A DNA stretch of 64,000 bases from Candidatus Bipolaricaulota bacterium (GTDB lineage Bacteria > Bipolaricaulota > Bipolaricaulia > M55B111): positions 11,017 to 75,016 of the forward strand of contig JAGXLB010000001.1 in assembly GCA_018334915.1 (NCBI GenBank). Direction: 5' to 3'. The notes below the pieces were generated by a model. That model saw nothing but the letters and a program-made list of their open reading frames with translations, was not told the DNA's origin and ran no database searches. Numbering within the stretch: the first letter of the stretch is position 1; every line of letters starts with the position of its first letter. Below are positions 18,310 to 28,548 of the stretch, piece by piece. Both the position numbers and the translations under genes were made by a program.

Positions 18310-18798
18310 GTGGAACCAGTGGAATTAATTCTAACCGAAGAGGTAGAAGATCTTGGTGAAGTCGGGGAAAAAGTAGAAGTTGCCGACGGTTACGGAAGGA
18401 ACTACCTGCTTCCAAAGGGACTGGCGGTTGAACCGACAGTTGGAAATAAAAGGCGATACGAGAAGATCAGAAAGGAAATAAGCCAGAGAAGAGAGGAGAG
18501 GCGGGAAAGAGCCGAAGAACGAGCCGACGAATTGAACGGGTTGGAACTGACTTTCTATCGCAAAGCTCAGGAAGAGAGCCATCTTTACGGATCAGTAAGA
18601 AAGAAAGACATAGTCGATTCCATCAATGAGGAGACAGGTATTGACACTGCACCCGAAGCAGTAAGGCTTGACTCTCCGATAGAGGAACTGGGGCAATTCG
18701 GAGTTGAAATAAGGCTCTATGAAGATATACACGCCAACGTAAAAGTCAATGTAGAAGAGGAAGAATCTACTGAAGAAGAACCCGAGGAAGAAGGTTGA
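18310..18798 (+). CDS. rplI: 50S ribosomal protein bL9
   Basis: LG..G..VEVADGYGRNYLLPKGLA, LYGSV; acidic tail. Confidence 0.97.
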   Translation: MEPVELILTEEVEDLGEVGEKVEVADGYGRNYLLPKGLAVEPTVGNKRRYEKIRKEISQRREERRERAEERADELNGLELTFYRKAQEESHLYGSVRKKDIVDSINEETGIDTAPEAVRLDSPIEELGQFGVEIRLYEDIHANVKVNVEEEESTEEEPEEEG

Positions 18799-18848
18799 TC
18801 TGCTTCCTCGGTCTAGACGAGATAACTAACCACCGGAGTCATTACTAA

Positions 18849-20558
18849 ATGGATTCAGGGGCCACAAGGGTACTGGTACTTGCTGCGTTTGCTTTAACTG
18901 CGGCTTCTGTCATCCTGATTTCTGGGGGAACTCCGAACGTTTTTTTAAACGGTGACCGGCTTGAAGAACTCGACGTAATTGATTCTTCTGGGGGACCCAT
19001 GGTACCCCTGAAGCAAGCGTCTCAGCTGTTTGGAGCTCGGACAGACCCGGGTAGAGACGGTGGTTTCGTCTTAGAATGGGGAAGAACTGATTCGTTTTAC
19101 ATAGATAAAAAACACCTTTCTGTATCCGGCGGTAAACAATTCATAGATCTGGACTTATTGGTGGAGAAACTGGGCGGTCAGGTCAGTTATAACGGAAAGA
19201 GAGCCGATGTAAGCATCAAACCTGCGACGCTCCTGTCGGTCTCGACCCGGACCAGCGAGCTTTCCCTCAATTTTGACAGCTACTCAAGTTTCTCTCGATC
19301 AACGGGAAACAATACTCTAGAGTTAAGATTCTTTAACGCCAGGAAATCCTCCAGTTCCGGGGAGGTAAACCTTCAAAAGGTTAGCTCTTACCTTAACGAA
19401 GCCTCCGTTATGAACCGGGGGAATCAGCAGATTGTTTTACGGTTAAGTTTGAAGAAGGGGATTACAACCACAATTAAAACTCAGCGAGGCGGGTCGGGGT
19501 TCCATTTTCAGCTTGAATTCCAAGAGCAAGATAGGGGTAGGACCTTTACACCCGAAGAGGATAAGCTTACGACAAAACAGAATTTCTCCTACAATCAAAT
19601 GCAGCTCTGGGCAGATGGGGGGAGGCAGGAACTTCACTATCTGGAAATATCGGACTGGAGTGAAGGGTACCGACTTTTACCCGTGCTTTCGGGAGGGAAA
19701 ATAGGCCAGGGGAGCGAGCTCTCTAGGCTCGTCCGGGAAAACTTCGGGGTTGCCGGTCTAAATGCCAACTTTTTTGATCCGGAGACTTATACTCCAATAG
19801 GACTGATTATCAAGGATGGAAAGTTACTCTCCCGGGATTGGGGGAAAAGGGCCGCGATCGGCATCGATTACTTTGGAAGATTGAAGTTTTTCCGGCCCGA
19901 CCTGGATCTTTTTCTCCGGACTTCAGGAGAAAGAATTACTGTTCAGGGCCTGAACAGACCCGCGGGAGCCGACGACCTGGTAGTTTATACTTCCGAATAC
20001 GGGAAGAAGATAAGACCCCCTAGCTCTTCCATATGTCTGGAGCTCCAGAGCGGGGATGTAATCACCCGGTCTATTACGGCACCGCCTTCTGTAGAAGGTA
20101 ATCGCACGGTTGTAGTCGCTACTGGTAAAAAAAGGACTCTTCTAGAAGGACTAAAGGAAGGAGACGAGGCTGAGTTTGACTGGACAATGGAACCGTTCAT
20201 CCCCATGCTGAGAGGGGCGGTAAGTGCGGGCCCATTATTGATAAAGGAGGGGAGGAAAGTCCTGAATCTCGAAAAAGAGAACTTTTCTTACAACGGAGGA
20301 CTGGTACAGTCAAAGGCGAATAGGTCCGTTCTTGCAACCACGGGGGAGGGGGACCTACTGTTCATAGTTGTATCAGGAGCTGGTGTTGGGCTTGAAGCTT
20401 TGCCCGGATTGTTAGATAAATCGGGGCTGGACATCGAGAATGCAATAGCCTTCGATGGTGGCTCCTCCGCCGGGATGATCTACAGGGACGGGGTAAGGAT
20501 CAAAACTGTAGGGGGAATCAGGCGGATACCGGTTGGATTGGCGTTAATCTCCAGGTAA
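18849..20558 (+). CDS. Exported phosphodiester glycosidase (NAGPA/DUF2233) family protein
   Basis: AGLNANFF, PIGLIIKDG, AVSAGPLLIK.G, FDGGSS; N-terminal signal and stalk-like region. Confidence 0.85.
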   Translation: MDSGATRVLVLAAFALTAASVILISGGTPNVFLNGDRLEELDVIDSSGGPMVPLKQASQLFGARTDPGRDGGFVLEWGRTDSFYIDKKHLSVSGGKQFIDLDLLVEKLGGQVSYNGKRADVSIKPATLLSVSTRTSELSLNFDSYSSFSRSTGNNTLELRFFNARKSSSSGEVNLQKVSSYLNEASVMNRGNQQIVLRLSLKKGITTTIKTQRGGSGFHFQLEFQEQDRGRTFTPEEDKLTTKQNFSYNQMQLWADGGRQELHYLEISDWSEGYRLLPVLSGGKIGQGSELSRLVRENFGVAGLNANFFDPETYTPIGLIIKDGKLLSRDWGKRAAIGIDYFGRLKFFRPDLDLFLRTSGERITVQGLNRPAGADDLVVYTSEYGKKIRPPSSSICLELQSGDVITRSITAPPSVEGNRTVVVATGKKRTLLEGLKEGDEAEFDWTMEPFIPMLRGAVSAGPLLIKEGRKVLNLEKENFSYNGGLVQSKANRSVLATTGEGDLLFIVVSGAGVGLEALPGLLDKSGLDIENAIAFDGGSSAGMIYRDGVRIKTVGGIRRIPVGLALISR

Positions 20559-20560
20559 GG

Positions 20561-22081
20561 ATGAGGCGGTTTGCCAGGGATATAGTAATTATCGCTGGGG
20601 CCACTGCAGTCTCCCGGGTTTTTGGCTTGTTCCGTGATATCGTAATTGCCGATAAATTCGGAGCTGGATCGGCTTACGACGCTTATTTAATTGCTTTCTA
20701 CGTACCACATTTCCTCAGGCGGTTGCTCGCCGAAGGGGCGCTTGCCCTTTCCTTTATTCCGGTTTACACGGAATATCTTAAGAACGATCCCAGAGAGGCC
20801 AGCAAGCTGGCTGCAAACGCTATAAACCTGTCGGTATTGACCTTCCCGCTAATAGTTCTTGGGGGAATTTTACTTGCCCCGTACTTTATTCCGTTTCTTG
20901 CCTCCGGTTTCTCCCCGTCACAGCAGGAGTTGACGATTGAACTCACGAGAGTAATTTTTCCATTTATTGGGATAATCGGGATGGCAGCGCTCATCATGGG
21001 CATATTGAAGTCAAAAAAAACCTTTTTTGCCCCGGCGTTCGCTCCAGTTTTCTTTAATGTAGGGGTTATAACTGGTGCCCTGTTCCTGGGGAGTTTCTTT
21101 TCTAGACCTATATTTGGACTGGCTGCAGGCGTGCTTTTGGGCGGATTAGGCCAACTTGCCTTTCAGTTGCCCTATCTGAAACGGAGCGGTTTTTCCTGGT
21201 CTCCTGTCTTATTTCCCTTACACCCGGGTCTTAAGAGAGCATTGAAAATGATGGCTCCGGTAGTGCTGGGACTGATTGCGATGCAGGTCAACGTAATGGT
21301 GGATAATAAGCTCGCGTCCCACCTGGTGTCCGGATCCGTTTCATCGCTCCAGTATGCCACCAGGCTATACCAGCTGCCACTCGGGTTGTTTGCCATTGCG
21401 ATATCTACCGCGATACTACCAAGGCTTTCTGAGAGATGGGCAACCGGTGAGAAGTCCGACTACGCCAGGATGCTGAACCGGGGGATAAAGATATCACTGT
21501 TGATCGTAGTACCAGCGACTCTCGGCCTGTTTATCCTGGGTAAGCCGGTAATAAAACTACTATTTGAGCATAGGAACTTTCTCCCCTCGGACACAGTAAG
21601 GACAACCCACGTCCTGCATCTATATCTGGTGGGACTGATTGGCTATAGCTTCGTCACCCTCTTTTCCCGGGCTTTCTATTCAATGAAGGATACGATTACC
21701 CCGGTAATAATCAGTTTTATTGCCGTCGCGGTTAACATCACTCTGGACCTCTTGTTAGTAGGTCCGATGGAAGTAGGTGGTTTAGCGCTGGCTACGGGCA
21801 TTAGCGGACTCGTCAATGGGCTACTGTTGTTGATTGTATTCCGAAGTAAGACAGGCCTCCAGGGATTTATTCCGGAAAGCTTTTTCCTGGCAAAAGTTCT
21901 AGGTTCGACAGGGGTTATGGGGGTCGTTGTTCTGACGGTGCGAGAGTTCATACCGTTTGCCAGTGACTTTTCGGTCGTGGCCCTGGGAGTAGTTGGGGGA
22001 ATAGTAAGTTACGTCTTTGGGGGGTTAGCCTTTGGTCTTAAGGAAACCTACCTCGAAGAGCTTGTCAAACTTGGAGATTGA
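20561..22081 (+). CDS. murJ: Lipid II flippase MurJ
   Basis: SRVFGLFRD, RRLLAEGAL, YATRLYQLP, RAFYS..DT.TP; polytopic membrane protein. Confidence 0.97.
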   Translation: MRRFARDIVIIAGATAVSRVFGLFRDIVIADKFGAGSAYDAYLIAFYVPHFLRRLLAEGALALSFIPVYTEYLKNDPREASKLAANAINLSVLTFPLIVLGGILLAPYFIPFLASGFSPSQQELTIELTRVIFPFIGIIGMAALIMGILKSKKTFFAPAFAPVFFNVGVITGALFLGSFFSRPIFGLAAGVLLGGLGQLAFQLPYLKRSGFSWSPVLFPLHPGLKRALKMMAPVVLGLIAMQVNVMVDNKLASHLVSGSVSSLQYATRLYQLPLGLFAIAISTAILPRLSERWATGEKSDYARMLNRGIKISLLIVVPATLGLFILGKPVIKLLFEHRNFLPSDTVRTTHVLHLYLVGLIGYSFVTLFSRAFYSMKDTITPVIISFIAVAVNITLDLLLVGPMEVGGLALATGISGLVNGLLLLIVFRSKTGLQGFIPESFFLAKVLGSTGVMGVVVLTVREFIPFASDFSVVALGVVGGIVSYVFGGLAFGLKETYLEELVKLGD

Positions 22082-22140
22082 ATTTGACTTAAATCTTTCA
22101 CCATCTTATGAAAGCGGAACTTGATTATTAATGAAGGTTG
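22081..22140 (-). repeat. Repeat module C, copy 2 (inverted)
   Basis: Reverse complement aligns with 6330-6386; begins at the murJ stop codon. Confidence 0.8.
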
Positions 22141-22144
22141 GCTC

Positions 22145-22212
22145 GATTGACTGCCGGGTCTCGTTTTGTAAAGGCCACAAAAACTACTTAAAAGGGGTTC
22201 TCTACAAGCCCC
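22145..22212 (+). repeat. Repeat module A, copy 1
   Basis: About 60 of 69 positions identical to 29677-29745 (counted by eye), including exact actgccgggtctcgttttgtaaa. Confidence 0.9.
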
Positions 22213-22236
22213 ATTGGAGTGGTGCTCTTGACCAGA

Positions 22237-22315
22237 GGCTCTCCACCCTTACTTGGCAACTCTCTCAAGACTTACCAGTAGAGTAATTCGGCAGCCGGTT
22301 AATTGGAGTGAGTTT
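22237..22315 (+). repeat. Repeat module B, copy 2
   Basis: Aligns with 6223-6309. Confidence 0.8.
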
Positions 22316-22383
22316 CTATACTAGCCGGACAGCTAATTCCGCCTTTGGCGAAAGAACTGGGCGTAATTAGGCCCTGGCGTCGA

Positions 22384-23037
22384 TCATCGGTTGGGCCCAG
22401 ATTGGCCCTGGTTAATTTGCCCCGGTGTGGTTATCAGTGACTCGATCTTTTCTGTTCTGTCTCCAGACTCATCCCCCGGAAGGTCGTAATCTTCCTTGAT
22501 TCTTCCCACGATTCCCTGAACGAGTTGTCTCGAGTCGTCAGAGTAGTCTTCCGCGATCGTAATTAGTCTTGACGCGGCGTTTTTTAGCAATTCGCGGGAA
22601 AACCTGCCTTTCTCGAGTAGAGGCTTGAGTTCCTCGTGGGCGAATTCGGTAAATTCAGAAGTAGAACCCGGTAATTCGATCGTCTTGAACTTATTTTCGA
22701 GCCCCTTTAATCCATCTATTACCTTCTTGTCCGTGAGCCTGGTGTCATCCCTATAGCGATAGTAAATTAGCGTTTCCAGGACCCCAATTGCCTCAATTAG
22801 CTTGCGGTTCTCTTCTTCCAGAAGGTCCTGGTTCTCTTCTGCCCAGGTTTGCCGGTAAGACTCCGCATGTTTGGACTGCTGAAACTCTTCGTGCTTTTTA
22901 AAATAGCGGCAGTCGGGAGGGCAGTTTATTTCGACGCCCCGGTGTTCGCCACAGCACCTGCTGCAGATCATACCCCCGAGTGCCGGGCACTCCCTCTCTC
23001 CTTTGCGCTTTCCGCCGTATACGCATTTCTGGGACAT
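22384..23037 (-). CDS. Uncharacterised protein with Cys-rich N-terminal zinc-finger-like domain
   Basis: CVYGG..ECPALGGMICSRCCGEHR...CPPDC; 4 nt downstream of dxr. Confidence 0.85.
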   Translation of the reverse strand: MSQKCVYGGKRKGERECPALGGMICSRCCGEHRGVEINCPPDCRYFKKHEEFQQSKHAESYRQTWAEENQDLLEEENRKLIEAIGVLETLIYYRYRDDTRLTDKKVIDGLKGLENKFKTIELPGSTSEFTEFAHEELKPLLEKGRFSRELLKNAASRLITIAEDYSDDSRQLVQGIVGRIKEDYDLPGDESGDRTEKIESLITTPGQINQGQSGPNR

Positions 23038-23041
23038 AGTC

Positions 23042-24223
23042 TTATCGATCTCCTATTATTTTTTCTTCTACAAGGGACCTGGCTTTTTTTCTCGCCCAGA
23101 CATCAGTCGATTTGAGGTCTTCAAATGATGGATTTTCAACAGGTTCGAGGTCTTCCAGGACCAGATCTAACCCTCTGGCGATACCTCCGAATCTAATATT
23201 TTCAGCTAGAAATTCGTCAATTAGCTCTTCGTCGGCTCCATTTACTGCAGCTGGTCTATTACCTCCTGACTTTCCAGCTTCAACGACCAGGTTGAATGCA
23301 GGATACCTCGATTCTTCCAGTTCTTTGAACTCAAGCTTTGCCAGATCAACAATGTCAGTTCGCCCGTAGTCATTTTCCAGCCTTCTGGGGTATGTAAGTG
23401 CGTACTGGATAGGTACCTTCATATCTGGCTCACCCAACTCTCCGATCATAGAACCGTCGTGAAACTGGACCAGGGAATGGATCACCGATTGAGGGTGAAC
23501 CACCGCCGTAATCTTTTCGTAGGAAAGATCAAACAACCAGTGGGCTTCGATAACCTCAAGTCCCTTGTTTACCATTGATGCCGAATCGCAGGTTATTCTG
23601 CTGCCCATATCCCAGTTTGGATGATCTAGTGCTTCCTCCGGGGAAGCGGAATCTATCCGGTCCAGTGGGGTCGAAAGAAACGGCCCTCCTGAAGCGGTGA
23701 TTAATAAGCGTTCTACTTCTTTTTCTTTCCCCGTTTCCAAGGCCTGAAAGATCGCATTGTGCTCGCTGTCTATAGGGATAAGGGAAGTTTTTGAGTTTTT
23801 CAGCTTACGATCTACCAGAGGACCTCCGATCACAAGGGACTCCTTGTTGGCAAGGAGTATGCGGGAAGAGCTGCCGATTGCTTCTAGTGTAGGTTCCAGT
23901 CCGACAAACCCGACCAGGGCGTTTACGACCGTACCCGTATTTGTCATCCCCGCAAGTGTTTTTAAGCCCTCGCTACCCGTTCTTATTTCGACGTCTTTCG
24001 ATATTTTCCGGGAAACTATTTTCCTTTCCGGTTCACCCTTTACGGAGACCATATCGGGCTTAAAGCGGTTTATTTGCCTTACCAGAAGGTCGGTACTGGT
24101 GCCACAACCCAATCCTACGATGTTGAATTTCTCCTGGTTCGATGCTTCCAGGTCTTTTATTACTTCGAGTGTCTGAGTACCTATGGAGCCTGTTGAGCCG
24201 AGAATTACGATGTCCTTAGCCAT
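23042..24223 (-). CDS. dxr: 1-deoxy-D-xylulose-5-phosphate reductoisomerase
   Basis: LGSTGSIG, LANKESL, PIDSEH, TASGGPF, HPNW.MG, NKGLEVIEA. Confidence 0.98.
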   Translation of the reverse strand: MAKDIVILGSTGSIGTQTLEVIKDLEASNQEKFNIVGLGCGTSTDLLVRQINRFKPDMVSVKGEPERKIVSRKISKDVEIRTGSEGLKTLAGMTNTGTVVNALVGFVGLEPTLEAIGSSSRILLANKESLVIGGPLVDRKLKNSKTSLIPIDSEHNAIFQALETGKEKEVERLLITASGGPFLSTPLDRIDSASPEEALDHPNWDMGSRITCDSASMVNKGLEVIEAHWLFDLSYEKITAVVHPQSVIHSLVQFHDGSMIGELGEPDMKVPIQYALTYPRRLENDYGRTDIVDLAKLEFKELEESRYPAFNLVVEAGKSGGNRPAAVNGADEELIDEFLAENIRFGGIARGLDLVLEDLEPVENPSFEDLKSTDVWARKKARSLVEEKIIGDR

Positions 24224-24230
24224 GTTAAAC

Positions 24231-26138
24231 CTAAGAGTTACCGGCCGGCAAAGCTGCCTGGTCGAGAATTTCTTCCAGTTGATCCCCCTCGAGCTCTTCT
24301 ACCTCGATGAGTTTTTCTGCCAGTTTCTTTAGTACTTCTTTGTTGTGGTTAAGAATATCCTTTGCTTTCTCGTGACACCCTTCAACTATCTTGCGAATTT
24401 CCTTGTCCACCATTGAAGATACCTCTTCTGAGTGTTCGTTGCTTTTTACTATTTCTTCACCGAGGAATACGTTCCCGTTCTCCCTGCCAAGGTTTATTGG
24501 GCCGAGTTTGTCGCTCATTCCATATTGGACGACCATCCGCTTGGCGATGTCCGTGCTCTTCTCAAAATCGTCCTGGGCCCCGGTGGTGACTTCGTTGTAA
24601 ACAAGTTCTTCCGCGGTTCGCCCCCCCAGCAAGGTGGTTAACTTATCCAGAAGCTCCGATTTAGATACGAGGAATTTCTCCTCGAGTGGCAGTTGGAGAG
24701 TGAAGCCAAGTGCTCCATTTGACCTCGGGATGATCGATATCTTATGTACGGGGTCCGCGTTCGGTAAAAGTTTTCCGATAATCGCGTGACCCGATTCGTG
24801 GTAGGCAATTTTTTCCTTTTCATCATCGCTTATCGCCATTCCTTTTCGTTTGACTCCAGCTATTACCCTGTCTATCGATTCCTCAAAGTCATTCATTTCT
24901 ACTATTTCCTTGCCCTTCCTGCCGGCAAGCAGTGCCGCCTCGTTTGCCAGGTTTTCGAGGTCGGCCCCGACAAACCCCGGAGTTCTCCGGGCGAGTACGT
25001 CCAGGTCGACGTCTTCAGAGAGCTTTTTGTCTTCGGTGTGAACTTTTAGTATTTCCTTTCTTCCGTCGATGTCAGGAGTGGGCACGGTAATTTTCCTGTC
25101 AAACCTCCCCGGTCTCAAGAGCGCCGGATCGAGGACGTCGGGTCTGTTCGTAGCGGCCAGTATTATTACACCTTCGTTGGGGTCAAAGCCATCCATCTCA
25201 GATAGTAGCTCGTTCAGGGTCTGTTCTCGTTCGTCGTGGCCTCCCCCTAGGCCCGCCCCTCGCTTTCTACCAATTGCGTCAAGTTCGTCAATGAATATAA
25301 TCGAAGGAGCGTTTTCTTTAGCCTTCTCGAACATGTTACGGACTCTTGAAGCTCCGACGCCGACGAACATCTCAACGAAGTTAGAACCGCTTGTCTCGTA
25401 AAACGGGACCTCAGCTTCACCAGCTATTGCCCGTGAAAGAAGGGTTTTGCCAGTTCCGGGAGCTCCTACAAGGATCATCCCTTTTGGTACTTCGGCACCC
25501 AGTTTTTCAAACCTTCTTGGGTTTTTTAGGTATTCTACTATTTCCTGAACCTCTTCCTTTACTTCTTCCACACCGGCGAAGTCATCGAAAGTAACTTCGG
25601 AAAACTCCTTGCTAACTAAATTTGCCTGACTTTTTCCAAAATTAAGTGCGTTGTTTCCCTGCATTCGGCGCATCATGAATACCCAGAGTCCTATAATCAA
25701 TAGGACGGGTAGCAGTGAGATAAGCAAGGAAAAGAACCAATTACTTTCAGAAGCTTCCTCGTACGTTATTTTGACTCCCTGATTTCTGAGCTTGGAAAGG
25801 TAATCAGTTGATTCAGGTGGGCCTCTGGTTACAAAGTCCCCTCCGCTCTGGTATACTCCGTTTATCAAGCCTCCCTTTATTGTTACTTCAGCTATTCTGC
25901 CCGATTCTACCTGGCGGAGGAATTCGGTATAACTGATTTCGTCCTGATTGGCTGGAGAATTAAAGAGCGTCTGGAAAAGTATTAAGGAAAGTATGATTGC
26001 CCCGACTATAAGGGCTATATTACGAAAATTGTTGTTATTATTGGGGAAATTGAATTGTCCCTGGTCATCCTTTCTCTGCTTGTCTTCGTCCTCGTCATGA
26101 TGTTTATAGTCACGGTCAAAATCGTTATCCTCGTTCAA
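24231..26138 (-). CDS. ftsH: ATP-dependent zinc metalloprotease FtsH
   Basis: Two TM segments, GAPGTGKT, IIFIDELD, RPGRFD, HESGH. Confidence 0.98.
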   Translation of the reverse strand: MNEDNDFDRDYKHHDEDEDKQRKDDQGQFNFPNNNNNFRNIALIVGAIILSLILFQTLFNSPANQDEISYTEFLRQVESGRIAEVTIKGGLINGVYQSGGDFVTRGPPESTDYLSKLRNQGVKITYEEASESNWFFSLLISLLPVLLIIGLWVFMMRRMQGNNALNFGKSQANLVSKEFSEVTFDDFAGVEEVKEEVQEIVEYLKNPRRFEKLGAEVPKGMILVGAPGTGKTLLSRAIAGEAEVPFYETSGSNFVEMFVGVGASRVRNMFEKAKENAPSIIFIDELDAIGRKRGAGLGGGHDEREQTLNELLSEMDGFDPNEGVIILAATNRPDVLDPALLRPGRFDRKITVPTPDIDGRKEILKVHTEDKKLSEDVDLDVLARRTPGFVGADLENLANEAALLAGRKGKEIVEMNDFEESIDRVIAGVKRKGMAISDDEKEKIAYHESGHAIIGKLLPNADPVHKISIIPRSNGALGFTLQLPLEEKFLVSKSELLDKLTTLLGGRTAEELVYNEVTTGAQDDFEKSTDIAKRMVVQYGMSDKLGPINLGRENGNVFLGEEIVKSNEHSEEVSSMVDKEIRKIVEGCHEKAKDILNHNKEVLKKLAEKLIEVEELEGDQLEEILDQAALPAGNS

Positions 26139-26282
26139 TTAAGCTCACCCCTTAACTCAGGAATTTTACGAAAGGGATTGAGTCGTCTCAAGTTCGTAGA
26201 TTGGAAAATAGACCTCAGACCTCTTCCTACCTACGGGATCGAAAGGTGGGTTCAACAGTACTGACGGACCAACTGATCATGC

Positions 26283-26358
26283 TGGCAGTCCCGAGGGGAT
26301 TCGAACCCCTGTCGCCGGGATGAGAACCCGATATCCTGGGCCGCTAGACGACGGGACC
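26283..26358 (-). tRNA. tRNA-Glu (CTC)
   Basis: GGTCCCG acceptor stem, anticodon loop TTCTCAT, GGTTCGAATC T-arm, encoded CCA. Confidence 0.96.
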
Positions 26359-26363
26359 ATTTC

Positions 26364-26437
26364 TGGCTGGGAGAGGAGGATTCGAACCTCCACTAGCAGG
26401 TCCAGAACCTGCCGTCCTACCATTAGACGATCTCCCA
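26364..26437 (-). tRNA. tRNA-Gln (CTG)
   Basis: TGGGAGA acceptor stem, GCAGG-TTCTGGA-CCTGC anticodon arm, GGTTCGAATCC, encoded CCA. Confidence 0.96.
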
Positions 26438-26448
26438 TAGGTAATTAA

Positions 26449-26476
26449 ATTATACGAAAGACGAATTCTAGATCAA
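26449..26476 (-). promoter_or_regulatory. Sigma70-type promoter for the tRNA pair
   Basis: Minus strand TTGATC-16 nt-TATAAT, 11 nt upstream of tRNA-Gln. Confidence 0.7.
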
Positions 26477-26665
26477 TGGAAACATCCTTTGACTGTTGTT
26501 CGTAGAAGTTACAAACCTTCCCAATATACCATAACTAGGAACTAAGAACAAACCGGTACTTGGGGAATTTGGGGCGACCGGGTTTTGTATCGCTCTAGCA
26601 CCCTGCCCCTTTATCAAGTTAGACAACTGAGTCCGTGGAGGTGAAAGGGCTTAGTTTATTGGCTT

Positions 26666-26694
26666 TTGCCAATTTAATCCCCTTAACCTATAAT
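26666..26694 (+). promoter_or_regulatory. Sigma70-type promoter for the amrB-yicC-gmk-acpS genes
   Basis: TTGCCA-17 nt-TATAAT. Confidence 0.7.
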
Positions 26695-26754
26695 TCTATA
26701 ATTGGAATGAAGTAAATTGATTGAACTATAGGTAAAAAAAGGAGTTCGTGATTT

Positions 26755-27600
26755 ATGGTCAAAGAGTTTGGACCTGTTGTTGCCGGGAAGTTTTATCCCC
26801 GGGGTAAAGAAGATTTAATAGATACGATTGAAGATTGTTACACTCATAAATTTGGTCCGGGAAAGCTCCCCGAGGTTTCGGATGAGGAATTATCGTCGTC
26901 AGTTGGAATGATAGCTCCTCACGCGGGTTACCCTTATTCGGGTCCCATTGCGGCCCAGGCTTTTGGCTGGGGGGCTGAACTGGGAAGGCCGAAGGCCGTA
27001 GTCATTATTGGGACAAATCATTCCGGGCTCGGTTCAGCTGCGTCCCTGGCTACCGAGGGTAGATGGTCGACACCGTTAGGTGAGGTGGGGTTCGAGACAG
27101 ATCTCGCCCAGGCAATTCTGGAGTCGAGCGATCAACTCGAGGAAGATTCTGCCTCCTTTACTAGAGAACATTCGATTGAGGTCCAATTACCTTTTCTCCA
27201 GCATCTCTGGGGAACCGAGCTTTCGATCGTTCCTATCTGCTTGAAAGCCCAGAGTGGAGATATAGCAGCGGACATTGGGTCTGCGCTGGAAAAAAACTTG
27301 CCGGAGGGTTCTTTGATAATTTCTAGCACCGATTTTACCCATTACGAGCCCCAAGAAATCGCGGAGGAGAAAGATGAACGGGCAATTGAGTCCATAATGG
27401 ACCGGGATGTAGAAGGGTTTTACGAAGCGGTTAAGAAACACAACATTTCGATTTGTGGATACGGATCTATCGGGATCCTGCTAAACTTTGCCTTAAAAAA
27501 GAATCTCCGCCCGACCAGGTTAAAATACGCGACCTCGGGAGAAGTAGCCGGATCCGGACGGGAGGTGGTGGGTTATGGCGCCTTCGGATTTCGAAAGTAG
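26755..27600 (+). CDS. amrB: MEMO1 family protein (AmmeMemoRadiSam protein B)
   Basis: PVVAGKFYP, PHAGYPYSG, EHSIEVQLPFL, STDFTHY, ICGYG, YATSG, VVGY. Confidence 0.93.
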   Translation: MVKEFGPVVAGKFYPRGKEDLIDTIEDCYTHKFGPGKLPEVSDEELSSSVGMIAPHAGYPYSGPIAAQAFGWGAELGRPKAVVIIGTNHSGLGSAASLATEGRWSTPLGEVGFETDLAQAILESSDQLEEDSASFTREHSIEVQLPFLQHLWGTELSIVPICLKAQSGDIAADIGSALEKNLPEGSLIISSTDFTHYEPQEIAEEKDERAIESIMDRDVEGFYEAVKKHNISICGYGSIGILLNFALKKNLRPTRLKYATSGEVAGSGREVVGYGAFGFRK

Positions 27601-28471
27601 CGGTAAGCTTTATTCTATGACGGGTTATGGTGAGGGGGCCGAGTCTCTGGGAGAGAGGAAGATAGAGGTAAACATCCGGACTCTGAACCACGATAATACT
27701 TCTGTAAAAGTTCGAGGGTTAAGAGAAGATCAGGCGCTGACTCATAAAACCGAAAATTACGTCAAGGAATCTTTTCCCAGAGGGAGGATCGAAGTTAGAA
27801 TTAAAATAGAGGAAGGAGAAGGGCTTACTCCTGATGAACTAGATAGTGACGCGATACGCAAAAGTTTTACCAGCCTTTCCCAGCTTGCCGAAGACCTGGG
27901 AATTTCAGAAGGACCCGGCCTCGAGGACCTCATTGCGCTCGATTTGCTGGAAACAACCCCTATTTACAAAGGATCCTGGTCCAGGATTAAGGATGCTTTG
28001 AGTCAGGCGATTGAAGAGGCTCTGGCGGCCCAGGAAGAAGAAGGTCGATCAATCAGAAGGGATATGCTGGGCCACCTGGACGATATCTCTCGGCAGTTGG
28101 AGGATGCAGAAGAGGAAGTGCCAGAAGTCGTCAGGCAATACAAACGCGAGCTTGAAGACAGGATAGATAAACTGCTCGCTGAAGGTATCGATCCCGACGA
28201 GGAAAAGCTGGAACAGGAGGTTGCCTCTTTTGCCGACCGGGTCGACGTTAACGAAGAAATATCTCGGGCGAAGTCCCACATCAAAACGGCAAGGGAAACT
28301 TTGAAGGAGGGAGGCTTGGTGGGAAAGAAGCTTGAATTCATCAGACAGGAACTTCAGCGAGAGATAAATACACTGGGCGCGAAGTCAAAAGATAGCAAGA
28401 TCCAGTCAAAAGTAATTGAGATGAAACTGGCTCTGGAGAAATTCAAAGAACAATCCCGCAATCTGGCCTGA
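27575..28471 (+). CDS. yicC: YicC/YloC family endoribonuclease
   Basis: SMTGYG, DVNEEISR, GKKLEFIRQELQREINTLGAK, KEQ..N; start uncertain. Confidence 0.93.
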   Translation: MAPSDFESSGKLYSMTGYGEGAESLGERKIEVNIRTLNHDNTSVKVRGLREDQALTHKTENYVKESFPRGRIEVRIKIEEGEGLTPDELDSDAIRKSFTSLSQLAEDLGISEGPGLEDLIALDLLETTPIYKGSWSRIKDALSQAIEEALAAQEEEGRSIRRDMLGHLDDISRQLEDAEEEVPEVVRQYKRELEDRIDKLLAEGIDPDEEKLEQEVASFADRVDVNEEISRAKSHIKTARETLKEGGLVGKKLEFIRQELQREINTLGAKSKDSKIQSKVIEMKLALEKFKEQSRNLA

Positions 28472-28548
28472 TTTGCTGCGATCTATTCCAAAATATGGTT
28501 ACAGATGCCACTGATGAAGGAGCTGATAAATGTTTGAGGTCGATAAGT

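Noticed and set aside
22325..22341. CCGGACAGCTAATTCCG resembling the 3' part of the c-di-AMP riboswitch
   Set aside because: The 5' elements are absent and the site lies between convergent 3' ends with no gene to regulate.
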